The position numbers and the translations under genes are program-made. The notes below the pieces were generated by a model. That model was not told where the DNA came from and did not search any database. It saw only the letters and a program-made list of their open reading frames with translations. 64,000 nucleotides of DNA, taken from NCBI GenBank assembly GCA_964016885.1, contig OZ024742.1:256556001-256620000 (forward strand), written 5' to 3'. How positions within the stretch are numbered: position 1 is the stretch's first letter; each line of letters opens with the position of its first letter. Below are positions 1-16,201 of the stretch, one piece after another. Source of the stretch: Eledone cirrhosa. Taxonomy: Eukaryota.

Positions 1-690
1 TTTATGATGAAGTTATCCCAACTGATGCCATGGATCTTCCATACACATCTTTTCTTTTTCTTGACTGGTCCTCACACAGCACGTTTTACCCCCTAACACA
101 AGCTTTGAAATCACAATACTGTTGTAAAATCTCTTCTTGCTATCAAATGAAAGATTGTGCTTCTTTTGATGTTGTTGATCTGCTCAAAGGCACCCGAAAC
201 GTTGCCTATTCTGCAATTAATTTCTATCAATAAGCATTCCCTACTTCTGTTGACAGAGCTTCCGAGGTAGGTCATGGCCACAATATCATCTTAAAATTCA
301 AGGTTTGAGTGTTTCACTTCCGCTAGTCAGTCAATTCCCCATACCTTCTGTTGTCTCTTTGAGATTCCAGTCCATGTACAAAGTAAAAAGAAACAGAGAC
401 AACGGGTATCAATGGACAAATCGTATGATGAACTCAAACACTTCCGTTCTAATACAGCAATTTGAACCTGATTATTCCTTGATGGCTGAGATAAGGGATA
501 TACATGACTGTTGAATAATCAGGCACAGGTATGTGCATTTGAACCACAGTATGTTCCGATCAAACAAGTGGAACACACATCATCAGAACTGAGAGAGAAT
601 CAACATTCCTTTCATGTATAGGATACAGTGAAATATTTGAAAACGAGAAATTAAGCAACAAAATTCAGTATACTATATGGCCAATTCCTC
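1..690 (-). mobile_element. Highly decayed RTE-like LINE RT remnant
   Basis: Minus-strand fragments translate to LFLFTLYMDW.LKETTEGMG and YLGSSV, typical of non-LTR RT domains; no intact ORF. Confidence 0.45.
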
Positions 691-2289
691 AGCCTTTCTC
701 ATACATCTATTTATGGTATTAATTTCGGTTATGTGAGATAAACACACAGAGTGATTGTTTCGAAGTCGCTAAATATACATCAGTAAAGTCTTACAATCGA
801 TTGTTTTTATATCTTTTTTTCACCCCTTCTTTCGCACTAGTTCCCTGGAGGACGTATGCAGTGTTCAGAACTGGCGAAGTATGGGCTCCGTCACATTTAA
901 ATGCTGAACAAATGCCCATGACTACAATTATTTAATCGGTAATATTAAATGCTAAAACACTCATGGATAAATAAATGGCTTGTATTCGACAAATAATATA
1001 TCGAGGGAGATATCGAATCGAATACTGCGTATAAATGTTTCATTAATCGAGATCATTAATCGAGATTTAACTTTTTTCTTTATTTTCATTTTAAAGGCAG
1101 ACCTTGCAGCAATACAGTGACGTTTATTATAAAAATAAATTAACAATTTAACTCAAAAGCTAATTTTCATGATTAAGAGAAAAAATTTCTTGTATTTCTT
1201 TTCAGGTATTCACATTAATCCATTATATTTCATAATTACCTAAACTATGCTAGACAAAATCTATTAGTAAACAGTCTTCTTTGTTCAAAAATATTTGTGA
1301 ACTAATTGAGCATTGAAGAGTTTATGATGAGGATGAATAGATAAAGTATATGTCTGCCTGTGAACGAAGTAAATAAAAAAATTGTTTAAATTTGTAGATG
1401 TTTTCATATACATGATTATAAAATATAGTTATATCAACAATAAGTCTATGTTAGATTTACTACCATACGATGTTTGTGCTGATATATTTAAAACTACATT
1501 GCAATGTATTAGGACTGCTTCAAGTTCGAGAAGTGTGGTCTAGTTCTTTGAACAGATTGGTCGAAAAGCTAATATGCAAATGGGGCATACCGTCATCACG
1601 TGTATTTTTCAGAAAGTACTCCCATATTCAGCGTGACATATTTCATAACATGCCAACGACGGGAACTGTAGCAACGTGAAATACGTGTTGCCCAAATTCC
1701 ATTGGGATTCGGACTGAACTCAATATTTGCGGCCATGAACCAAACACATTAAACGCCGAGGTGAAGGAATGTATGTTGTCGGTTTCAAAGCAGATTGGTC
1801 CAGTTGTTCGGGGCAGCCTATTTATGAAATTAATGTGGATGTGTGTGTTAAGGCTGGACATTTGAAAGATATGTGCATTCCTGGTGACGGTCTTCCATAA
1901 TAATTTCTGTGAATCCAGGTTCATTTACTCGATATGGGGTGACGATCAGCCCAATTACCTAATTGATAGACGAATATCTTCACAGTTGGAAGATGTGACA
2001 TTTATATATTAGTATAGGGTTTCGAGTGAATACACCCCTACTGGACAGTGAAATAATTAGTGTTTGACAAGCTTATGTGGTAAATGAAACTTTGTGTTCT
2101 GAAACTCAATTCCACCCATGGCTTTCTTGGTTGATAGATGAATTTCCCCACACTGTTTGACACATCTTTTCCCTACATGAGACTAAGATATGAAATGTTG
2201 CACTTTGTCAACTAAATATTAAAACGGAAATCCATTGGCTGTTAAACACACACACACACACACACACACCATATATATATATATATAAA

Positions 2290-2689
2290 ATGGAAAACCA
2301 AGAATCAGTGATGCATCGGAACTCAATTTATTGCGTATTACAATTGTTTCTCCGGCGAACAGCTCGAGGTGCGATCTGTTCGTGGATTGAACCTGACTCT
2401 GTATTCGCAAGTTCCTCAGATACGTCTGTTGGTTTCAAAGCAAGTTCTCTTTCTAAAGGGTTTCGATTTCCGAGTCTATATCATCTGCCTTCATCCTGTT
2501 TGCGCGTCCTTTGGGTTGGTCACTACTTTGTGACGTCATAATACTTCTGACCACTGACATCTGCCCACTGACCATCTAGTCGTGAGCCATCTTCGTCCCA
2601 TCCTCAAAATTACGAGCTGTTCGCCGGAGAAACAATTGTAATACGTAATAAATTGAGTTCCGATGCATCACTGATTCTTAGTATTCCAT
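2290..2689 (-). mobile_element. Small PLE-derived element with inverted arms (2290-2366 / 2613-2689)
   Basis: ~77-bp near-identical inverted repeat; complete HHR on the minus strand; starts next to a (CA)n(TA)n tract. Confidence 0.75.
2334..2424 (-). ncRNA. Type I hammerhead ribozyme (family A)
   Basis: Minus strand: CGTAT-CTGAGGA-[stem II gcgaata..tgttcgc]-GAAAC-AATT-GTA-ATACG, then AATAAA; stem I CGTAT/ATACG; palindromic stem III ACAATTGT. Confidence 0.8.
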
Positions 2690-2771
2690 ATTATCATACT
2701 CTGCTCCGTAGGAGCATAGAGTGCTCAACCGGCATACCGCCTATGGACGCATCTTATCTACCATATTACAC

Positions 2772-2836
<65 letters not shown>

Positions 2837-2869
2837 TAGCTACAAGAGTAACATATAGAGGTACTTATG

Positions 2870-4095
2870 TTTCGTTGTGTTATACATCCCAGCTCATTCA
2901 GCCCATTCTTTTAAAAAATCGCAACATCCACAGTTTGGTTTGAGGTATTTAAAACCTGCGGGAGAGTTCTTAAAAGGTAGGTAATTTCGAATTTAACTAT
3001 AAAGAAAAAGAGATTTTAGATAATGTAAAGCCATGTTACTATAAAAGAAACCCACAAACTTTAGGGAACCTGTACAAAGTTAGCAAATCGAATATATTCC
3101 CTGATATTAAAATTACTTAGTTTCGTCTCTACCATTTTCTCAGAATAAATTTTTCTTCCTGTGGCCATCGACTAAACCAGTAAAGGCGGGTATTTAAGTA
3201 TTTCTTCTCTGAATATAAATTAGATTTCCACAAATATTTGCTAGACAGCTGGAAAGGTTACTTGGATGACTGCCTTATACTACGGACGCTCACACGTAAC
3301 CAACTCTACTACTTCAAGTCGTTAATTCAGCATAATCAATAATAACAGAATTCACAATAAAATATATTCAAAATCACCTTCCATTTCTGGTCATTATAAT
3401 CATAAAAACCCACAAGTGTTGAAACTGACATTCACCACAAACCAACAGTTTCTAAACAATAATTACTATTCAATTCAAGTCATCCGAAAAAGACTATGAC
3501 TAGTATTCCATTTAACCGAAAAAGAAGAATCTGTTCAATTGTCTCATATTATGAAATTCGGAATAAAAGACTCCAGGAGCTAAAGATTTTTACTCAAAAG
3601 AGTGCATCAATAGACAACGGATAGAACGTGCCAAAACTATACACATTTAATAACCATGCAAATGAATATCAATTTCAGATACACCCAATGTTCTATCCTA
3701 TATATAAACGTACAATCCACAAAATATAAGTTGTATACAACCTTATCCACAAGAAGCAATAAAAAAATGAGTTGACGCTATTTTTAGAACCAGTATAAAA
3801 TTAAATCAGGACACATCTTTTTGAAAAAAATCATTTCACCCCTGCCACAAACAAATTATTATAGGCCTTTAAATGTAACGAGTGCAACGGAGGTTATACA
3901 GGAGAAACTAGTTTGATCCTTTGGAAACAATGAAAATGCAACACTAACAATTACGAGAACCCGCAAGAAGCCATATAATAATTACTGATCATTTAGACTT
4001 AGGTGCAAAGGACATACCTCCCAAATTCCAATGTTCCCATGCTTTAACATTGTCCACATAATGCCACAGGTAAAACACGAATAAATAAAATATCT
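2870..4095 (+). pseudogene. Decayed Penelope-like RT/GIY-YIG, related to the element at 48580
   Basis: WKGYLDDCLIL at ~3250, ETDIHHKPT, YTGET; collinear with 49250-50310; many frameshifts. Confidence 0.75.
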
Positions 4096-4758
4096 TTGTG
4101 CACCCAGCTACTTCATGGCCCATGTGCACTTACGCACACACCCTCACACACTTACAGACACATACACACACAGTAACGTAAAATTCTTGATCAATTTGCA
4201 GATAAAATCTTTATTATTATAGTATCATAGTTATCATTAAGACAGCAATGGAAATAGTCATTTTTACTATTATTATTAATATTTTTGTTATTGATATATT
4301 TATCCAGACGTAGCAGGAGACTAAAACTAGCTACGCAGACACAGACACATGTGCATAAACAACATTCCATTACTTTCGAATTTTGAGTATTGGCACGGAG
4401 ACAATATCAACTTGCCTTGTCAACATAAGGAACGAAAAAGTGACATGAAATGCAACTGTCCATATGTACACTAAACCATCACGGCTTTTTGGAGCAAAAT
4501 TACCACAAAGTTTGGAGGCTGATTACGTGATCCTCAGCTTATCAATTTATACTTTATATAAATACATATTTAAGCAACCTTTCTGCATAAAACTGAAAGA
4601 ATCATGACACACACTAAAATAGAAATTCGGTGATTTATTACTTGATTCTCCTCAAGCTATCAAATAGTAAAATCATGAAGCAATAGATATATATGTAAAT
4701 ATGTACACCCCTACACATACAACTATACACATTCATGCACACATACATACACGCTCAA

Positions 4759-4846
<88 letters not shown>

Positions 4847-5834
4847 ACAAATGAATTTATAGTGATATACAAAATATAGACTAGCTCCACCATACGAATA
4901 GCGCATAAATAAACCACAATGTTACAAATAGATTATTTTTCATATCTTACTAATAAGTAACGAAGTATAGTCGCAAATATATCAGTTAAATTAGCAATAC
5001 GTAATTCTGCTGCAGTCATATAAAACGTTATTTCAGTTCTTAAGTAAACAGAACAATTACTATTATTAAATTGATAATTAGCAATGTAAAGTACTCTAGC
5101 CCATCTCTAAGTCAGCTTATTAATTAGACAATATATTAACTGTCCTGAATTAAGTCAGTGTCGAGACAAAACAAACTTCAGTTGCTATGGCGGCTTTGAC
5201 GATAACAATAGCAGTCGTCAATACATTTATATATATATATAATAAAATAGAATAATATTTAAAAGATTCTGATGTTACATGAATCGTTTATTCATAATAA
5301 TTATTTCAACAGTTTTCTCATGCAATCCAAGATGTAATTAATGTATTTGTTGATGTTATGAGAACGTTAACCTCAGGTGAAAAATCCGATTTTGTGATAT
5401 GTCTCAGGCAAAAAAACAAAAAAACAAAAAAACAAAAAAAAAACGCGTCCTTCTGTTCGAGCGTCTAGTAGACCTATTAGTTATTAAAGGGTCTTTCCCA
5501 GCCGTTGTGTTTATAATTTATGGAACGATGCGTTATCTATTTGTTAATTAGGGCATCTGGTCTCATGTACCCCTCCCCCACATATCTGGGGGCGTAAATT
5601 ACCAAAAGTATAACCCTTCAAATGCGTTGTGGTGACCTGCAACAGACAATAGTCTATGAGGAGCTAGATGTCAACAGATAGTGGAAGAAATTAACGGAAT
5701 TCTGAGGGAGTGCGATATAAACAGTGTCATGACTGCTGCATACAAAACAACCGCAACAACAGCAACCACCACCACCACCACCACCACCACAATAATAATA
5801 ACAACAACAACAACAACAACGACCCACATAGCCT

Positions 5835-6790
5835 ATATTGCCATTTGTCGTAGCAGTGTTAACAATACCCTGTTAATTTCATCATCTATATTAATGGCAT
5901 CATCAAGCACAGCAGCATAAAAAGCTTCGCAGATGATTCCAAACTCCAGAAATTCATCAATGGCATGAGTGACAGGATATACCGTCGATCCGATCTATTG
6001 GCTGTTATCCAATGGGCGGAAAAGAACAATATTCTGCTGAACGAGGATAAATTTGAGTTAAAGAGGATGCTCTGAAACTCCCATTCCTGCAGCTGAAACT
6101 CTCGTGACATCCAACAACATCAACGACTTGGGAGTAGTTGTTGACAAAAATATAAACCGGGCCATTCATTTAAACAGCAAAGTTAACATGGCCCGCATAA
6201 TGTGTTCCTGGATTCTAAGAACCTTCCAGTCGAGAGATATCCACAATGTTATCCTTTTCCTCTCCACTTTTGCCCGACCACACCTTGAATATTGTTGTCC
6301 AACAAATTATCTTGAAAACTGAAGCTCCTGAAAGGTAAATCACGAAAAAGATAGATGGCCTTGACTATTGGAGTCGTCTAGAACAACTGAAACTTTATTC
6401 TCTCCAACGCCGACTTGAGCGCTATATTATCTGCCTGATGTGCAAAATATTCCTTCAGAGTTGCCCAAATGATGTTGGCATTACTTTTAAACTATACCCA
6501 AAGCATGGGTTCCGTGCTATCCGGACACAGAACCAATCAAAGTCGCATAACAACGATACGGTACAAATATTTCACCTCAATTGGCCCGCTCAATTCAACA
6601 TTACATCAAAACACATAAACACAGAAACAGACCCCATTCATTTCAAGGTGCCTTTGCACACATTCCTTCACGAAATCCCGGATATATCCTCGCAAATGAT
6701 AACTCCGTTCTTGAGTAGGCCATGATGTCCAAATCCTGAATTTAAAAGATTTCGTCGTCAGATGGTGCTTTTAAATAAGACATGGCCTGG
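5835..6790 (+). mobile_element. 5'-truncated CR1-like LINE (RT C-terminal half), frameshifted
   Basis: SFADDSKL, DLGVVVDK, CSWILRTFQSRD, FARPHLEYCC, LKLYSLQRR motifs. Confidence 0.8.
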
Positions 6791-6799
6791 GAAAATACT

Positions 6800-7633
<834 letters not shown>

Positions 7634-7735
7634 AAATTTAGTACAGCATCAACGAAGCCATGGTTTCAGCCAAGCTAACAAATGCAGTTTCGGTGTGCAC
7701 CTAAGCACTCGATAGGGTATACATATCTATGTATA

Positions 7736-7816
<81 letters not shown>

Positions 7817-7822
<6 letters not shown>

Positions 7823-8032
7823 ATACTTTGGGATGGTCATGTTGCCAATAAGAAACACACGCACCAGATGCTTTCACTTCAATTTATTATATATTTATAA
7901 ATTTATAATAAATTGAAGTGAAAGCATCTGGTGCGTGTGTTTCTTATTGGCAACATGACCCTCCCAAAGTATAACAATATCGGTTTCAACACACGATTTC
8001 AGATAAAGAATCTTGCTAAACAAATTCAGAAA

Positions 8033-8036
<4 letters not shown>
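7817..8036. repeat. Fold-back palindrome of a PLE pLTR tail (family G) containing the ORF start
   Basis: 7817-7890 is the reverse complement of ~7905-7980; right arm continues as MTLPKYNNIGFNTRFQIKNLAKQIQ, homologous to the ORF start at 41209. Confidence 0.85.
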
Positions 8037-8109
<73 letters not shown>

Positions 8110-8114
8110 TATGT

Positions 8115-8315
8115 ATAACGAAGGAAGTGTGGTAAGGTACCAGCTGGACCCTAACGCACCAGAGTACTCGATAGTTAGGGTTGTTGTGCTGGTACAAGGA
8201 AGAAAGTCAGGACACCGACGGCTGAGATCCATCCGATTCGACAGCTAGATCTGAACGAAACAGTTCAGATCTAGCTGTCGAAACGGCCTCAGCTCAGGGG
8301 TCGGTGTCATGACCC
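8115..8315 (-). mobile_element. Fragment of PLE family O pLTR tail with a small hairpin (8237-8282)
   Basis: Homologous to the reverse complement of 63715-63842; ttcgacagctagatctgaac-gaaaca-gttcagatctagctgtcgaa palindrome. Confidence 0.75.
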
Positions 8316-8321
8316 TTTTCT

Positions 8322-8412
<91 letters not shown>

Positions 8413-8725
8413 TACCAGTTTAGCCCGGCGTTGCTCGGGTTTATTCATTTGCTATGAAAAGTTACATACAGGTAAACGTGGCTTGAAAGCGAATAAGTTT
8501 ATCAATTAAGTGCATAAAGTAGTTGAACCGGTTATTAAAAGTTACGAACCAATTAGCATTTTGGACAATCAATGATGGGTTAATAATCTTCCAATAGCGA
8601 ATTTAGCAGACCTAAGTTGCAAGATGGTGGCCCTGATGCCGCTGGGTGTCTCATCTATCCGCCATAGGTGACCCTACCAGGAAATAATTTTCCAGACGGC
8701 ACAGCTCCAACACCTGCACCAACAT

Positions 8726-11460
8726 CTATAGTACCTCTTTGTAGACGATATTGCGTGTCATCCCTAGAGGAGTGTAACTAAAAAGTGCATTCTTGCTTCC
8801 TGCGTGGGAACAGGCAACATAAAGTTGACCATAGGAGAAGCATGGATCCCCCACCGACAATGTTTGCCCTTGTGACTTGTTAATGGACATGGCAAAACAT
8901 GGTCTCATCGGGAATTGGGATCGCCGGAAATCGAACGGGATATCTGACGCTGAGGAGAAAAGGTTCATCCTTGGAATGACAACATTCTCCCCTCTCCCGC
9001 ACCCCGTTACAATGGTGGCCTCAATCAAGTGGGGCGTCATTGACTTGACGACCATGCGAGTACCGTTGCACTGCTTTGGTGGGCGCAAGTTCCTTATTAG
9101 CATAATGAGACAGCCAACCTTAAGCTTAAGAATGTGCGGTGGGAGCCTTGGAGACGCAAGTGAATTTAATAACTCAACCGGATAATTAACGATATCGTCG
9201 GGGTCTGACGTCCGGCCGAGAGATTTGAAGATGTGCTCTTTAACGGGAATTTTTTCAATCAGCTGATCGTTAATAAAATTAACAATGCATTTTTCGGAGA
9301 TAGAATAGCTCTTTCGCTGAGCCAATCGAAGTTTTTAAAGTTAGATGAGACATTAGGAAAAACTGCCTCCCAAAGGTCAGAAGGGCTGCTCACAATGTTG
9401 CACAGGGAGTCGATTGTTATGCCGCCCTTGTAATCCGCAGGGACCTTGCTCTCACCAAGTGCTAACATGTTCTGAGCAAATGCTGCAGACATGTTGTCAC
9501 CATGCAAATGAGCACGCATATTTGTACTCAGGTACAAAGGCTTCACCTGGGCATGACAGGCAACGTTTGCCGAAAATCCCCTGATGTCAGAAGGGTTACG
9601 CCACCCATAGGAACCGTAGAATCCCTAATGTCTTTCACGGTCCTGTCCAATGCCTCAAGGGCACCATTGTGTGCCATAGTGCAATAATCCCAAAAATTGA
9701 GGCAACCTTTTTTGAGAACGAGAGCTTCGTGGGAGCTCTTGCTGATATTGCATGTTGGTGTTTCAGTTTTTACTAAATCCAAGGGGAGTTTAAAGGTTGA
9801 ATGTGCTGTCCTGCCTCTCGGCAGCAAGGTAGCAGCGATCCCGGACGATGCAACGCTAACGCAATTTTTTTCTCCTGACGTATCTTAGCGGGAATCAATT
9901 TTGTTACAAAAGTTTTTACGGTAACCCCCCCCCCCTCCGAAATTCGAGAAAGTAAATACCCCCAGTCTGATTTTGAACCGCGTCAATGATACTTAAATAG
10001 GCCAACCCTTAGTCCGACAGACGTTTGGGCTCATTTTCCTCTAATTATTGTGAAAGAGATTCGATGTCATATGCTGTTTCCCGCAACAAATCCGGGGCCA
10101 ACGTGTTAGCTTCATCTGTGACGGTTGACGGCAAACCATACATCGCCAACTCACTCTCACCCATGTCGAGGAGGGCGTCCTCGATATCAATGAGTGCCCT
10201 GTTGTAGATAATGCCGCTGTAAGCAACTTCCACTGAAGGATACTGCAGATGAACCAGGTGCAGGAAATCGTCAGACATGACGTCTCTGTACTTGACACAT
10301 AAAGATTTGGGATCACCCAATTCATACTTTTGAAGCAAAATGGCAAAGAGTTCCCGTAGACCTTTAGGTGATTTCAACAAAGCACCCTCTACTAAAGTGG
10401 AATCCCATTGCGAATCATCTTCCAAAAGACCACGCTTAAAGCAGGCTTCCCGGTACGTATCACATATTTCTCCATCAACAGTTTTGAGGTCCTGAAAACT
10501 TTGTGGACCTCCAACTTCATGCAAGAAGAAGGCGGAGATGAAATCACTCATGTTGACTTGGGGGCACAGTGTAAACCCTTCCAAGACAGCTGTCAAATGT
10601 TACACCAGGATGTCTTTCAACAGCCTGACCTGACTTTCTTCGCACCCAAGTGTTTTTCGACCATATAAAGTCGGATGGAACCTGGGGGTACACAATTGTT
10701 TGCGCAAATGTATCGAACTGGCAAAGTTTGAAGAAACCTGTCAGAGTGGTCTCTTTCGGATCGGCGGCCAGCTTGGTGGCGGTTTGGAGGTAAAGTAAAC
10801 CCTTTGCCCATTTTCCAAATGTACCGCAAGCTGTACGATGGCGGGGTGCCGTTTGTGTTGGGGAAAACCAAATTGGCGCCAAAAAGCTTCATTGCTACTG
10901 ATGTACCGCCCCACCAGTTATTCTGTGACCTCATCAGAACCCTTATTTACATATTTGCATATGTATTTTATAGACTTGATGGAGTTGCGATACTCAACGT
11001 TGATGTGGACGTTGAACATCTTCAAGAGAAGCGGGCAGTAAGGGACCACCCACCTATTGTGAACTTGACGTCCCTTTACTGTTGTGGTGAAGCCACCGTT
11101 CTCGCGCCGTCTCCGCCTGTACAGGGGGTACCCATCGCCACCAGTCTGAGTCTCGTCAACAAATTTTTAGGAGTATCCCTTACTGCACGACCCCCCTTTC
11201 AGACACGTGAGATGCCCATTAGGACCCGACGCACACGGACCATGTTAGCTTTGACGATGTCATGTAATTCCTGGTCAGTTGATCTGTTAGGGATTTCAGC
11301 CGAAATGAAGCTGTCTATGGCATTTGAATTTATTTTATCAGCTAGCCAAATCAAAATGTGAGCATGTGGCAACCCTCGTATTTGCCATTCCACGGTGAAC
11401 ACATCACATTTTACAGCATTAAAGCCATGAATCTAGCCAGTTTCAGTCTGAACACTCTGG
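8726..11460 (-). pseudogene. Helitron Rep (HUH) - Pif1-family helicase, frameshifted
   Basis: EWQIRGLPHAHILIW (HUH), IKYICKYVNKG (catalytic Tyr motif), GRTAHSTFKLP, GDFRQTLPV, FAMSINKSQGQTL, GQLYVACS. Confidence 0.92.
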
Positions 11461-11989
11461 CAATGAGGTCATGTCTGTTCGAATAATTTTGCCCAGGAAT
11501 AAGTTCCGATTCATATGTCTATAGCATTAATCTGTTAAATGAAGTGTTATTTTGCGGGTTGTTATTTGAAATAAGCCGATTGAAAATTCCCCAGATAGCC
11601 GTATGCCAATACGGAACGCTCCACTGCAGTGTTGTCATATAGGGAGTGAAGAGCGACAGAGAGAGTAAAGCAGTTAAATTATAGAGAAGTCGTTATTGTC
11701 ACGTTTGTTGTTTTATAAATTCATCTGTTGCTTTTCAATATTTGTTATTTGATGTAAAATGTAACATTGAGAGAGCAGTATGTATTTAGTGTTATCAGCT
11801 TTTTAAATTTTGATATTTGATGTATGAGTGTCGTTATGACTGTAGAGAGGGGAAATAATATATTGTAGAGAGAAGGAAGAGCGACCGAGAGAGTAAAGCT
11901 ATGGTTGTTGTGTTGCTTAGGTTTCAAAGTTTGTGTCGCGTTCCTTCAAAATAAGTTTTTCGTTGTTCTAAATTGTAATGTTGATAGGG

Positions 11990-12135
11990 TAGTAGACGGA
12001 GGCAGTAACCTTTTAAAGAGAGTTGCAGAGGAGATTGAGGGGGAGTAGAGAGAGTGATGAATCTTTTAAAGAGAGTTGCAGAGGAGATTGAGAGTGGAGT
12101 AGAGGAAAATATGAACCTTTTAAAGAGAGTTGCAA
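11990..12135. repeat. ~51-bp minisatellite (about 3 copies) in the Helitron 5' region
   Basis: ttttaaagagagttgca recurs at ~12011, ~12064 and ~12118. Confidence 0.75.
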
Positions 12136-12407
12136 CAGGCATGTAGTTTCATATATTTTTGATGGTAGTAGGGAGATGAATGAGCGTGTAAGAGAGAGGG
12201 TTACAGCATGTATTTAGTTTTATCGATTTCTTTTCATAGAAGCAGGACATTTTTGGCAAAAATAATTCCGTGATGACCTGCCCTGGTAAATTTGAAGCAC
12301 ATTGTAAAAAGAATCATCAAAATCGGTAGAGAAATGTGAAAATGCATAAACATCATACACACACACAGACATACATCTACCGTTTTATATATAGGCTAGT
12401 GTGTATA

Positions 12408-12634
12408 TTGAAGATAAAATGAGGTTTCACATCAAGTTCTTTATTGGTTATACACAATTATGAGAGATTCACATGTGGGTGGCTGAGGATCTATGTAATT
12501 GATATACACCCTATTTCAACCCTTTCTGCTCATCACAATTTGTGAAGCATTTACATCTATACTTAGCCACAGATGTGTGAAACTGTTCTAACTGTGTATA
12601 ATCAATAGAGAGCTCCATGTGAAACCTCGCTTAC

Positions 12635-12640
<6 letters not shown>
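12408..12640 (+). mobile_element. Old small inverted-repeat element with a degenerate HHR (family C, ~12535-12595)
   Basis: 12420-12500 inverted vs 12552-12630; cacaat-TTGTGAA-..acatct..agatgt..-GAAAC. Confidence 0.55.
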
Positions 12641-12713
<73 letters not shown>

Positions 12714-12881
12714 ACGAAGGAAATGTGGTAAGGAACCAGGTGGACCATAACGCACCAAAGTACTCAATATATATATATATTTAGGGAAGTGTAGCAATAT
12801 AAGGATGCACTTACCAATGAAACGGTCGTAAATACCTGGATAAAATCCTTTTCTTAATGCTTACCTGTGTTCCCCCTTTTA

Positions 12882-14892
<2,011 letters not shown>

Positions 14893-14897
<5 letters not shown>

Positions 14898-15450
14898 AAT
14901 CTACCAAGGGTTTACGGTAGTGTCCAATCCGTATGAAGAACTCAATGTAATCCGGATATCATGGAAAGAAGAGATGCAATGAAAAATCACTTTCGGTGAA
15001 AGATAAACGGAATACAGAGTCAAGATAAAATATTAAAAAAATAATGAATAAAACAATGAAACAGTTCCTTATATTAAACAAAAAAAGTTCATTATTTAAC
15101 GATCGTTTCTAGGATATATATGTGTTAGAATTGGCATGCATATTCAACAGATCTATGTACAAAATTATACAAAATTATACAAACTATCAAAATTAAATAT
15201 ACATACCAACACATATATATGCCGTCTTCAGAAATAATAATTATTTCTGAAGACGGCATATATATGTGTTGGTATGTATATTTAATTTTGATAGTTTGTA
15301 TAATTTTGTATAATTTTGTACATAGATCTGTTGAATATGCATGCCAATTCTAACACATATATATCCTAGAAACGATCGTTAAATAATGAACTTTTTTTGT
15401 TTAATATAAGGGACTGTTTCATTGTTTTATTCATTATTTTTTTAATATTT

Positions 15451-15453
<3 letters not shown>
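14893..15453. mobile_element. PLE pLTR (family E) forming a ~213-bp-arm fold-back palindrome centred at 15238-15240
   Basis: 15025-15237 vs 15241-15453, one mismatch seen, 3-nt spacer; same family at 27000-27310, 45212-45530 and 47640-47860. Confidence 0.9.
15241..15386 (+). ncRNA. Hammerhead ribozyme with a very long stem II domain (family E); mirror copy 15092-15237 (-)
   Basis: TTATTT-CTGAAGA-c-GGcATATATATGTGTTGG...CTAACACATATATATCC-ta-GAAAC-GATC-GTT-AAATAA. Confidence 0.75.
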
Positions 15454-15487
<34 letters not shown>

Positions 15488-15490
<3 letters not shown>

Positions 15491-15700
15491 TGTGAGAAAA
15501 ACCACAGACCCTCCATCTCAACTCACCTTTTGAAAAGCAGAAGAAATGCGAAACCGGTAAAGGAACCAAATAAATATATATATTTTTTTTAAAAATAAGA
15601 CTCCAGTTGCATTTTCGATTTCATCTCTTTTTCTTTATACTTCCACTCGTGTAGGACACCTCGGTTATTTTTCATTTTGTAAAAAAGCCTCACTTTCTAA
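15488..15700 (+). mobile_element. Solo PLE tail (family F); other copies at 36356-36570 and 51185-51415
   Basis: Near-identical ~210-bp sequence in three places, each ending in (TA)n; the 51185 copy is the 3' end of the PLE at 48580. Confidence 0.9.
15526..15563 (+). ncRNA. Minimal hammerhead with U3-A8 core (family F)
   Basis: CCTT-TTGAAAA-GCAG-AAGAA-ATGC-GAAAC-CG-GTA-AAGG; palindromic ACCGGT; AATAAA follows. Confidence 0.75.
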
Positions 15701-15754
15701 TATATATATATATATATACTTATATATATGTATATATATATATAAATATATAAA

Positions 15755-15813
<59 letters not shown>

Positions 15814-16123
15814 GATAGATAGAAATAAATCTGAACCTCACACATGTTAATCTAATTATTTGATTACAGGAGAACAGTTATTTGCTGTTCGCTGTTGCAA
15901 AATAAAAATATAGAAAGAAAGCAAAATATATCATACGACCCATCGACATAGCAAAACTATAAATATGTAAAAATTAATAAAGATGGCAACGTAATAAAAC
16001 AAGTAATATAATTAACCGCATGGAGGAAAGCACACAGACAAACAAACGCACATACACACACTCTCTCATATGTATATATATATGCAACTATACACACACC
16101 CAATCAAACAAAATTGTGCGTAT

Positions 16124-16201
<78 letters not shown>

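Larger units (their letters stand above)
8412..12395 (-). mobile_element. Helitron, internally deleted, both termini apparently retained
   Basis: 3' hairpin cccgagcaacgccggg (8424-8439) then ctggtag/t; 5' end cctatatataaaa; Rep-helicase coding remnants inside. Confidence 0.9.

Noticed and set aside
1205-1370. Possible host exon after a polypyrimidine-ag acceptor
   Set aside because: Stop codons in all three frames.
1470-1990. Short ORFs that may be an L1/Tx1-like C-terminal remnant
   Set aside because: No convincing motif by eye.
5181-5194. RFX/X-box-like gttgctatggcggc
   Set aside because: Single imperfect motif with no associated gene.
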